DNA of 64,000 nt from contig DATIHL010000015.1 of assembly GCA_035480715.1 (NCBI GenBank), forward strand, positions 72,384-136,383. The letters run 5' to 3'. Shown one piece after another: positions 25,902 through 33,481 of the stretch. Both the position numbers and the translations under genes were made by a program. Under the pieces are notes generated by a model, which did not search any database, was not told the origin of the DNA, and saw only the letters and a list, made by a program, of their open reading frames with translations. The stretch comes from Candidatus Saccharimonadales bacterium. GTDB taxonomy: Bacteria; Patescibacteriota; Saccharimonadia; Saccharimonadales; UBA10212. The number at the start of each line of letters is the position of its first letter. Position 1 is the stretch's first letter.

Positions 25902-25929
25902 GGTGCTCCCTATCGGTCGATAGGGCACC
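25902..25929 (-). promoter_or_regulatory. palindrome/hairpin in the 5' leader of the island-2 gene
   Basis: GGTGCTCCCTATCG-GT-CGATAGGGCACC (core 8-bp arms CCCTATCG/CGATAGGG), between the promoter and the SD. Confidence 0.45.
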
Positions 25930-25947
25930 AACCGATTTGGCAACCAG

Positions 25948-25976
25948 ATTATACAACTTTTAGACCATAAATGCAA
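25948..25976 (-). promoter_or_regulatory. near-consensus sigma70-type promoter
   Basis: Minus strand TTGCAT (25976-25971), 17 nt, TATAAT (25953-25948). Confidence 0.6.
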
Positions 25977-26028
25977 CAGCAAAATGCCGTCGTTTATTAT
26001 CAGACTGGCGCGGTACGGTACCCTGAAC

Positions 26029-26059
26029 AAAAAAGGAGCGTAAATTCCGCTCCCTTTTG
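26029..26059 (-). terminator. intrinsic terminator (bidirectional architecture)
   Basis: GGAGCG-7 nt-CGCTCC flanked by an A run and a T run. Minus-strand read: GGGAGCGgaatttaCGCTCCTTTTTT. Confidence 0.6.
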
Positions 26060-26180
26060 CGCAGCGTCATCGCCGAAGCGACTGGCTTACTGGCCACCTC
26101 ACGTGGCTAACTTAAGCATATGCACTCAATGCGATAGTCGTCAGTGATTATTGTCACTTACTTTTTGTCATAGCCATTAA

Positions 26181-26408
26181 CTAAGCAGGTGCAGTTGCCA
26201 TTTTAGGTTTTTTACTGGAACGATTCTTCAACCATCCCCAAAGTGCCCCATGCGCGATTTCCCATGCACCAAATACGGCAAGTGGTGCGGCGAATTCAGG
26301 AAATACCGCAGCTCCTACTAAGGCCACTGTGCCAATGCTATAATGCAGCTTCTCAAAGAAAGCCGCTCCGCGTTCAAAAAATCCTTTTCTCCCCTGCTCC
26401 TTAGCCAT
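26181..26408 (-). CDS. small membrane protein (75 aa)
   Basis: ORF track. Hydrophobic core IGTVALVGAAVFPEFAAPLAVFGAWEIAHGALWGW. Confidence 0.5.
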   Translation of the reverse strand: MAKEQGRKGFFERGAAFFEKLHYSIGTVALVGAAVFPEFAAPLAVFGAWEIAHGALWGWLKNRSSKKPKMATAPA

Positions 26409-26442
26409 ACCTATATTTTACACCCCCAGACCAAATCTGAGC

Positions 26443-26814
26443 TCAAGAAGAAGCTCTTGATACTGCGTCTTCAAGGAGTTCTTGCGCCGTTCTTAAATAG
26501 TCAATGGGCTCTGTATTCAAATGCTGCGGCCTGTCCTCGTCTTCATCGGTGCTAGAAAGGTAAACTTGGTACCCATCTAAATCATTCCCCTCAATATATC
26601 CCCTCATTTGGTCTTTGAAATAGAAATCATACACATAACCTTCATCTCCCTCTCTTTTATTAAAGCCACGCAGCTTCCAGGTGGGTAGTCCAGCTTTTAC
26701 GCGGGCGACACGTTCTAAGACGTAGTCCATCCGTAAGTCACGGTCATTGATCGCCTCATCATGAGTAATTGTTAGCTTGGGCAAATCTGGCCTGCTCGGG
26801 TCTTTTTCGTTCAT
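26443..26814 (-). CDS. hypothetical protein (123 aa, acidic)
   Basis: ORF track only; no motif recognised. Confidence 0.5.
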   Translation of the reverse strand: MNEKDPSRPDLPKLTITHDEAINDRDLRMDYVLERVARVKAGLPTWKLRGFNKREGDEGYVYDFYFKDQMRGYIEGNDLDGYQVYLSSTDEDEDRPQHLNTEPIDYLRTAQELLEDAVSRASS

Positions 26815-26867
26815 ACAATACTATACTTATCGGCTAACGACCTTAATTGCAAGCATAAGCAAAATGT

Positions 26868-28067
26868 TTAGAGGGTTTCGACGAATGTCAGGGCGTGGCC
26901 GGGTTTGCCTTCCCTACCGGTGCGGCCGATGCGGTGCACATAATCGTTGTACGTCTGCGGTTCGTCAAAATTAATCACGTGCGTAATATCTTTAACATCG
27001 ATGCCGCGAGCGGCGACATCCGTAGCTACCAGAATATTAATTTGGTTGGTACGGAAGCCATCTAGTGCGCGGTTGCGTTGACCTTGGCTTTTACCGCCGT
27101 GCAGTGCGCTAACTTTAAAGCCGCGCGCCTCGAGTTCCTTACCTAACCGCTCTACGCCGTGTTTGGTCCGGCCAAAAATTATTACCTTGCCTATATCTGG
27201 AGTTATCAGTATGTCGTGCAGCGAATCTATCTTTTGAGTCTTGCCGCTATAACGAACTACGTCTTGATGAACGTTATCGTGAGTCTCGTTGACTTTAACG
27301 TTTATCACTTCCGGTTCATGCACGAATGTTTCTATCAGGCTGCTGATTTCTGGGCTTAGCGTGGCGCTGAAAAAGAAGGCCTGGTGCTGCTGCGGCAACC
27401 TTGCCAAAATAAAACGCACATCGTTGATAAAGCCCATATCAAGCATACGGTCTACTTCGTCCAGCACGACCATGTCGCAGTTGGCCAGATTCAGGGTGTG
27501 TTGGTTTAAGTGATCTTTAATACGCCCAGGCGTGCCGATGATTATCCGCGCTCCCTGCTTTAAAGATGTCAATTGCCGCCCCATAGGCGCGCCGCCGATA
27601 AGAATCGCTCCGGGCAGGCCGCTGCTTTTGGCCAAAATCTTGCACTGCTCGTCTATCTGTATGGCCAACTCACGCGTCGGTGCGATTATTAAGGCTTTGG
27701 ATGTCGGGTTACGCAGCAAGCGGTTTAAGATTGGCAGCGCAAAGGCCGCCGTCTTGCCGGTGCCAGTATTGGCAATGCCAACTACGCTTTTACCTTCAAG
27801 CCCAAGTGCAATGGTTTTATCTTGAATTTCAGATGGCGCCGTATAGCCCTTGCTCGTCACATTGCTTTTAAGCAGCGGATGCATAGCAAAGTCGGCAAAC
27901 TCGTGTGTCGATTTGTACGGCAAAGTCTGTGTGGCAGATGCCGCTTTTACAAAACGCGCGGGATCTACCGTCTGTTTAGATTTCTTTGCCGGGTAACGGC
28001 GATTAGGCCCGTAGTGACGGGTGGTGCTGGGGCGGCGAGGGCCGCTTCGATAACTATTTTTGTACAT
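26868..28067 (-). CDS. DEAD-box ATP-dependent RNA helicase
   Basis: 399 aa. Q motif (FADF...PSEIQ), AxTGTGKT, DEVD, SAT, HRIGRTGR. Confidence 0.92.
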   Translation of the reverse strand: MYKNSYRSGPRRPSTTRHYGPNRRYPAKKSKQTVDPARFVKAASATQTLPYKSTHEFADFAMHPLLKSNVTSKGYTAPSEIQDKTIALGLEGKSVVGIANTGTGKTAAFALPILNRLLRNPTSKALIIAPTRELAIQIDEQCKILAKSSGLPGAILIGGAPMGRQLTSLKQGARIIIGTPGRIKDHLNQHTLNLANCDMVVLDEVDRMLDMGFINDVRFILARLPQQHQAFFFSATLSPEISSLIETFVHEPEVINVKVNETHDNVHQDVVRYSGKTQKIDSLHDILITPDIGKVIIFGRTKHGVERLGKELEARGFKVSALHGGKSQGQRNRALDGFRTNQINILVATDVAARGIDVKDITHVINFDEPQTYNDYVHRIGRTGREGKPGHALTFVETL

Positions 28068-28217
28068 TAAAAAAGAATCCTTTAGTTTATTTAGTAACTC
28101 GTTGCTTTCGATGAAGCCTAAGTTAGTATTTAAATAAACCCGGATTCACTTTGAACAATATTATTATTCTAGCATAACAATTATAATTATGCAACTCTTC
28201 AGTGGTCTCAGATGAGA

Positions 28218-28466
28218 TTATTTGAGTTTGGAGACTTCGTGCAGCTCTTTAGTTGGCAAGTCAACAGCGTTGTGAGCCTCGTTAACCACGTCGGCTGATT
28301 CCGCTTCTGTAATGCAGTATGACTTACCCTCCTCGGCGTTATAAAAAACTTTATGGGGCGTAGCGCCATGGTTTTTAGCTGATTCTTGATATTTCGCCCA
28401 ATTAGCTTTCATTTGGTCTTCGGTGAAAGGTCCACCAAAATCGTGCACTCCTAAATATATAGGCAT
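28218..28466 (-). CDS. small DUF4242-like protein
   Basis: 82 aa. The MPIYLGVHDFGG start and overall pattern resemble the DUF4242 (SCO4226-like) family; assignment from memory only. Confidence 0.5.
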   Translation of the reverse strand: MPIYLGVHDFGGPFTEDQMKANWAKYQESAKNHGATPHKVFYNAEEGKSYCITEAESADVVNEAHNAVDLPTKELHEVSKLK

Positions 28467-28579
28467 ATCCCCTCCTTTGAATTATTTGCACCCAACATTA
28501 TATGCGATATCGCCTAAAAAAGATGTTATTTAGGTTAATATACAAACATAAGCTAAAAATAAGAAAAACGCTAAAGACC

Positions 28580-29527
28580 ATGGCCTATAAAAAATCCGCA
28601 TTTAATCCGCAGCCGTTCAGCCTTAGTCGGCTTGTTCTTTTAGTGGTAGCATTGGCCGGATTGTATATCGTTCTGCCGCGTGTTTCATTTTTCAAAAACA
28701 GCATTAATACATTGCTAGATGGCTACATGCCCTACATCGTCCTGGCTGCACTGTCTTGGCTGGCCAGCTTTGCGGCGGCCGCCATGGTTTACAAATTTCT
28801 TTCGCCAAAACATTTAGCTTTTCACAAGACGCTGCTGGTACAGTTAGCCAGCGGCTTCACTAACCGTTTATTGCCGGCCGGTGCCGGAGTTATAGCCTTA
28901 AATACCCGTTATTTGATCAAGCAAGGTAATTCGGGCCTTGTCTCCGGAGCCGTGGTGGCCACTAACAACGTTTTTGGATTTTTGGGAAATGCTCTTCTGC
29001 TAATCTTCATAGTCACCCTGGGAACCAGTATCAGTACTGATTTATTAAAATTCAGTGTTCCTTACCGGGCACTAATTGTTTTGGCATCTGTTATTGCGGC
29101 GGTGCTGATCCTTATATCGCTGACAAAAAGCAGTTTTGTTAAAAAGGCCAAAGGGGCAACCAAATTGATGATAAAAGCCACATTCCAAAGCCCCTCGCGT
29201 CTATTTTTTGCACTTTTGTCCTCAATAGCAGTTACCTCTTGTTATGCGCTATCATTTACCTTTATCGAACTGGCTTTTAATGTCCACCTAAATCTGGCGC
29301 AAACCTTGATCGTGCTGGCGGTAGGAGTAATCGCTGCTACGGTTACCCCGACTCCCGGCGGCCTGGGCGGCGCCGAAGCCGGACTTGTAGCTGCCCTAAT
29401 CTCTGTCGGCGTCCCTTCGCAACAAGCCTTAGCTGTCGCCCTAACCTACCGTTTTATAACCTACTGGTTACCGATACTACCCGGATTCATCTGCCTCCAG
29501 GTCGCATTACGCCGCCGCTACATCTGA
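28580..29527 (+). CDS. flippase-like / UPF0104-family membrane protein (second paralogue)
   Basis: Polytopic, with TPTPGGLGGAEAGLVAAL motif. Start set at MAYKKSAF (28580). The ORF-track start 28502 adds a highly basic 26-aa extension and would leave almost no divergent promoter space. Confidence 0.65.
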   Translation: MAYKKSAFNPQPFSLSRLVLLVVALAGLYIVLPRVSFFKNSINTLLDGYMPYIVLAALSWLASFAAAAMVYKFLSPKHLAFHKTLLVQLASGFTNRLLPAGAGVIALNTRYLIKQGNSGLVSGAVVATNNVFGFLGNALLLIFIVTLGTSISTDLLKFSVPYRALIVLASVIAAVLILISLTKSSFVKKAKGATKLMIKATFQSPSRLFFALLSSIAVTSCYALSFTFIELAFNVHLNLAQTLIVLAVGVIAATVTPTPGGLGGAEAGLVAALISVGVPSQQALAVALTYRFITYWLPILPGFICLQVALRRRYI

Positions 29528-29552
29528 TTTTTTGAATTCGATGAGAGAAATC

Positions 29553-29957
29553 TCAGAGCCATTCGGCTACGCCAGCATGATGAGAGCAAGTTCCGCTGCG
29601 ATGCTGGCTAAAGCTATATGAGCCATCTACACACCTAGCTGCAGCTCCTGCCGGCGCACTTGGAGCAGCGTATGGAGAACACACAGTACTACCGTCACTA
29701 TTTACGTATGTACCATTCGGGCAATTTAGTGGCTCAGAGTTAGCCGCTGGTTCAGCTATAGGAGTTGGAGTCGGGGTCGTATCTATTGGTGACTGTTGAG
29801 TAGTCTGTGCTCCCTGCACCGCTGAAGGTGATGGATTTGTGATGGGAGTATTGACCTGATTTTTTGTAGAGTTTCCTAGAGAACCTATCCCAACTAATCC
29901 GAATATTCCTACTACAGAAATAACTACAGCTTTTTTAAGGTTGCTCCACGCTTTCAT
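29553..29957 (-). CDS. secreted protein with C-terminal DUF3761-like Cys motif
   Basis: Signal anchor, Pro/Thr linker, then CVDGSYSFSQHRSGTCSHHAGVAEWL. ATG 29957 follows AAGGGGGG. Confidence 0.6.
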   Translation of the reverse strand: MKAWSNLKKAVVISVVGIFGLVGIGSLGNSTKNQVNTPITNPSPSAVQGAQTTQQSPIDTTPTPTPIAEPAANSEPLNCPNGTYVNSDGSTVCSPYAAPSAPAGAAARCVDGSYSFSQHRSGTCSHHAGVAEWL

Positions 29958-30018
29958 ACCCACCCCCCTTATTACTTATGATTATACGCCGCGTTTAAAG
30001 AAAGTGTATTTCGGGGTT

Positions 30019-31140
30019 TTAGATTGCGCTTTCTGCCAAGCCGTCTATACGGCTAATTTCATAATAATTTTCTGCAGATGTGTCTTCGTCGAGCTGGCGT
30101 ATCGAGTCATACGAAAGATATTTAACCGCTTTGTTGAGTTGTAAATACTCATTTGAGAAGGTCGGCCTGCTTAACTGTTCAAATACGCGAGAGCGCTTTT
30201 CACGATCAGCGACAATATATAACGGATAGCTAGAGTTTGGAGCTAATGCCCGCAAATCAGAGAGTCGAAGTATCCCTGAATAAATGGATGTGGAGTTTTC
30301 TACTTCAAAGGCTGCTTTTACTGACAGCCCCAGCTTCCAAACAGTGTCGATGTTTTTAATATAGCTTGGGATATCTAGAGCCTCGGCGAAAGTATCAATA
30401 ACGTGGGGCTTAAATACATGTCCCTTATACTGCTTACCTTGATCGTTTGGAGGTACCCACACATCTAGTTTGGCTTTATTGCCAAGGCTGATGAGTCGCC
30501 ACTGCATTTCGTCATGTGGTGTCTCGGCGCGAACGACTTCTTTTTTCAGCTCCGTGTCAATTATTTGTTTTTGGAACAGCTTATCTACACTAATGGCCTC
30601 GACTTTTTGTCCGGTTTCAAGCTTCTTCAACACAGAGACAAGATCACCATAGCTTGAAAGTAGTGCATCTGTTTTGGCTTGGTCAATTGCCATAAACCCA
30701 CGAAAAGTAAAGTCTGTTCGATAGTCTAATAATTCATTGAGTCTTTTCTGTTCAACATTGACTTCCACAAAATTAGTCAAAAAGTATACAAGCTCCCACG
30801 TTTTACCCTCAAAGTCCTTGCCCCAGAAAAATTCGGCGAGCTTAGGATTGCGGATTTTATAAGCAACTTCCGCAGCCCCAATTATGAGTTTATTACGGTA
30901 GACGATCACATAGTCGCCCCTCTCCATGGTTTGCCATGTTCTATCGTTGCCGGGTCCACTTACTGCTCCCCAAACCGCATAGGGACGGCCGTGAGTGTAA
31001 GATTGGAGCTCTGTTACCGTCTCCTCGTCAAGATAATTTGCGATCTCTTCAACATTGCGTTGATGACTTATCGTATCTTGGTAATGACGTTCTGTGTCAT
31101 GTCCGCCTGAAGCAATTGTGACGAATATTTTTCTGGGCAT
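30019..31140 (-). CDS. two-domain protein: N-terminal PUA/EVE-like barrel candidate plus C-terminal restriction-endonuclease-like (PD-(D/E)xK-type) domain
   Basis: 373 aa. N-terminal region PYAVWGAVSGPGNDRTWQTMERGDYVIVYRNKLIIGAAEVAY. C-terminal region HDEMQWRLISLG...LDVWVP...IDTVWKLGLSVKAAFEVENSTSIYSGILRLSDL. Pattern-based only. Confidence 0.45.
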   Translation of the reverse strand: MPRKIFVTIASGGHDTERHYQDTISHQRNVEEIANYLDEETVTELQSYTHGRPYAVWGAVSGPGNDRTWQTMERGDYVIVYRNKLIIGAAEVAYKIRNPKLAEFFWGKDFEGKTWELVYFLTNFVEVNVEQKRLNELLDYRTDFTFRGFMAIDQAKTDALLSSYGDLVSVLKKLETGQKVEAISVDKLFQKQIIDTELKKEVVRAETPHDEMQWRLISLGNKAKLDVWVPPNDQGKQYKGHVFKPHVIDTFAEALDIPSYIKNIDTVWKLGLSVKAAFEVENSTSIYSGILRLSDLRALAPNSSYPLYIVADREKRSRVFEQLSRPTFSNEYLQLNKAVKYLSYDSIRQLDEDTSAENYYEISRIDGLAESAI

Positions 31141-31194
31141 TCAAAACTCCGATTTGAGCTAATTATATCCCTGTTGTAAGGAGTTGTACAGGGG

Positions 31195-31842
31195 CTAGAT
31201 AATCCCCGCGTCTTTAAGTATTTGATCAAGGCCGGTAGTGCGGGAAAGTTTGGCCATCATAGGATAGTCTCCAAGTAACTCTTCCGAACTATACGCTTCT
31301 GGAGGGACATGCGAATATTCCTCTAAGGCCGGCAGCTCAATCACTTCTTGTAGCAGCAACTGAACAAGTTCTCTACGATTATAGGCTACATCGCCGTTCA
31401 CGCTTTGCTCCGGCGGCTGCTCTAACTCCACCTCTGTCGCAGCTTCAGTCGCCACTACTCTTACATTTGCGTTAGTTATCAGCTCATCCAGATTTTCTAA
31501 AGCTCCCAGCCTTTCGGCATAGGTAGCCAGCGCGAAGCGAACGGAATCCTCGCTCTTCCCCGTCTCCTTATAAATCTGATGTAACGACTGTCCTTCTACC
31601 CAACGCCGCATAAGATCGATCGGAGCTTGCAGTTGCTTTTTGCGGCGCCAGTCTCTAATGGCTTTAAGTCGATCGGTGGCGTTTTCGGTCAGAATATCGA
31701 ACATCGCCGGCAGATGGGCCTCTGGAATTTGGGAGATGTGATCATGCGATGCTTCTTTAAATACCCATCCGAGGAACTCTCGGGCTTTTTCAGGGACAAA
31801 CGTCGGCTCTTGCTCGCCAGAGCCGAGCTCAAACTCACTCAT
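31195..31842 (-). CDS. hypothetical protein with sigma70-region-4/LuxR-like HTH
   Basis: 215 aa. WVEGQSLHQIYKETGKSEDSVRFALATYAERL helix-turn-helix. AAGGAG SD. Confidence 0.55.
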   Translation of the reverse strand: MSEFELGSGEQEPTFVPEKAREFLGWVFKEASHDHISQIPEAHLPAMFDILTENATDRLKAIRDWRRKKQLQAPIDLMRRWVEGQSLHQIYKETGKSEDSVRFALATYAERLGALENLDELITNANVRVVATEAATEVELEQPPEQSVNGDVAYNRRELVQLLLQEVIELPALEEYSHVPPEAYSSEELLGDYPMMAKLSRTTGLDQILKDAGII

Positions 31843-31905
31843 CTTATACTCCTTCGCACGGATTATACCCCTCTTTTTGGAAAGAATACAGAGTATAATG
31901 AAGAT

Positions 31906-32154
31906 ATGAACGATGGACAGCAGGACATAAATCTAAATTACACCACGCCGGTTGTTACTACTGACGGACACGTCGTGATGTTAAACGAACAAGGTGTGCC
32001 TACCCTTCTTTTCTTTCAGGGACGCCAACAACACGACGCCCATTTGCACGCTGATGTAGTGGCTGCAGTCAGGCTCAACGGTATCGAAGATTTGAAGAAT
32101 CTAAGCAAAGCCATAGACGACACGGTCAAAAAACACCAAACCCGCGAACCCTAA
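31906..32154 (+). CDS. small hypothetical protein (82 aa)
   Basis: In-frame ATG at 31906 within ORF 31627..32154. The upstream part of that ORF overlaps the divergent gene. TATAAT lies 11 nt upstream. Confidence 0.45.
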   Translation: MNDGQQDINLNYTTPVVTTDGHVVMLNEQGVPTLLFFQGRQQHDAHLHADVVAAVRLNGIEDLKNLSKAIDDTVKKHQTREP

Positions 32155-32176
32155 CTACGCTTACGCTTATAAGACA

Positions 32177-32241
32177 CCCCTTCGCGGTTTCCCATCGCGC
32201 CGGCAAAATGGAATACATTTTGTCGGGCTGCTCTTCCGGAT
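32177..32241 (+). ncRNA. structured element family X, copy 2
   Basis: Shares 15+11 nt of 5' flank and 19 nt of 3' flank with 7419-7484. The hairpin CCGGCAAAAT-loop-ATTTTGTCGG is one bp shorter on both arms than copy 1 (compensatory indel). Confidence 0.4.
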
Positions 32242-32314
32242 GAAGCAAGAAAATACCTGAGAACAGCCAACTAGCGCTTATGCTTAAAATATGTTGTAAA
32301 AAGCTATTAAATTA

Positions 32315-32343
32315 TTGACATGTTGTTTAGTCAATAATATCAT
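32315..32343 (+). promoter_or_regulatory. consensus -35 / good -10 promoter driving a non-coding transcript
   Basis: TTGACA (32315-32320), 17 nt, TATCAT (32338-32343). Confidence 0.55.
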
Positions 32344-32348
32344 CGGGG

Positions 32349-32650
32349 TGACACCAGTTATGCCGAGAGGTATTGCTGACACACATGTGTCGTTTGCATA
32401 AGTCGCAAAAGTTTTTGGTTTTATAGAGAGAAGGCAGTTCTAGAAAACCAGCTCTACTAGGAATCAGGAAGTCTTCAGACGAAGCAAAGCGTTCGTCCTC
32501 ACGCGTACGTGCCCTCGTTGGGGCGAAGGAGATAGGCCGTTCAGCGCCCGGCCGGGCGTTACAAACTCAACGATATCTAAGAGTGAATGGCTGAAAATGC
32601 AATCAACGTAAGACCCCCATCGCTTAGGCAGCGGTGGGCGTTTTATTTTT
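32349..32650 (+). ncRNA. unclassified ~300-nt non-coding RNA candidate
   Basis: Bounded by the promoter above and a strong intrinsic terminator. Contains no credible ORF. Several local hairpins: GACAC-ACAT-GTGTC, GACGAA-8 nt-TTCGTC, CGCCC-GGCC-GGGCG. Confidence 0.45.
32614..32650 (+). terminator. intrinsic terminator
   Basis: CCCATCGC-ttaggca-GCGGTGGG followed by TTTTATTTTT. Confidence 0.7.
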
Positions 32651-32699
32651 AGGTGCAAAGCATCGCCTGAACCTGTCAGCCAGCCAAGCCGACTGTACC

Positions 32700-32800
32700 G
32701 TTCAGGCTTGAAGCTCCGCTACTCCTTCGATGTATCTCAATACACCTCAGTCTGTTGCTCGCTTCTTCCTTGTACTGCAACCAAATGCTTAGCACCTACT
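32700..32800. repeat. structured element family Y, copy A (opposite orientation to copies B and E)
   Basis: Core 32719-32779 is about 83% identical by eye to the reverse complement of 38453-38514 (TACTCCTTCG..GTATCT..ATACACCTCAGTC.GT..GCT..CTTCCT.GTACTGCA). Confidence 0.6.
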
Positions 32801-32903
32801 AGTTCTAATTCTATCCACAAGCAAAACGCCTCTGGGATAGTAATGTTTATATATACGGGAGTGAAATTTATTACTGATGAATTTCATGGCATAATTTAAA
32901 ATC

Positions 32904-33479
32904 ATGAGGCTAAAGTGGAAATTGCTACTCCTTGCATCAGCTGCAATCATTTTAGGACTATTAATTATTATGTTTGGGCAGAACAAACACGAAGGGAGGA
33001 AAAATATGCCGGACGGCAACGGATCAACGACTACTAGGCTTCAGCTTATTAGCCCTGTATTCAGGGAAGGTGCGCCTGTGCCAGTTCAATATACCTGTAA
33101 GGGTCAGAATGTAAATCCACCTCTTAATATTATGAAGGTGCCAGCCGGAGCCCAGAGTCTGGCGCTGATTATGCATGACCCGGATGCGCCATCGGGTGAT
33201 TATATACACTGGACGATGTGGGACATTCCGACCGGAACTGAAACTATTGCCGCTAACAGCGTCCCCACGGGCGCTGTTCAAGGCCAAAATAGCAGTGGCC
33301 AGAATAAATACATGGGACCCTGCCCGCCCTCAGGCACACACCGCTATATGTTTGAGCTTTACGCGCTTGATACCAGCCTGAATCTGCCGTCTGCAACCAC
33401 CAGCGATAAGCTTAAAGACGCTATGAAGGGTCATGTTATAGAAGAGCACACTCTAACAGGCACTTTTAGCCCCAGCTAG
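32904..33479 (+). CDS. YbhB/YbcL-family (PEBP / Raf-kinase-inhibitor-like) protein, secreted
   Basis: 191 aa. LALIMHDPDAPSGDYIHWTMWDIP and GPCPPSGTHRYMFELYALD. Confidence 0.85.
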   Translation: MRLKWKLLLLASAAIILGLLIIMFGQNKHEGRKNMPDGNGSTTTRLQLISPVFREGAPVPVQYTCKGQNVNPPLNIMKVPAGAQSLALIMHDPDAPSGDYIHWTMWDIPTGTETIAANSVPTGAVQGQNSSGQNKYMGPCPPSGTHRYMFELYALDTSLNLPSATTSDKLKDAMKGHVIEEHTLTGTFSPS

Positions 33480-33481
33480 GA

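Noticed and set aside
32349-32650. tmRNA, RNase P RNA, 6S RNA or a TPP/cobalamin riboswitch as the identity of the 300-nt transcript
   Set aside because: There is no tRNA-like 3' end or T-loop, no GGAAAGUCC or ACAGNNCGGCUUA RNase P blocks, no CUGAGA...CCUGAUCUGGAUAAUGCC TPP core and no B12 box. The length is also wrong for 6S. It remains unclassified.
32812-32819. A DnaA-box-like TATCCACA, and proximity of parAB, as hints of oriC
   Set aside because: It is a single box, there is no dnaA gene or AT-rich unwinding element, and the box is 20 kb from parAB. That is insufficient evidence.
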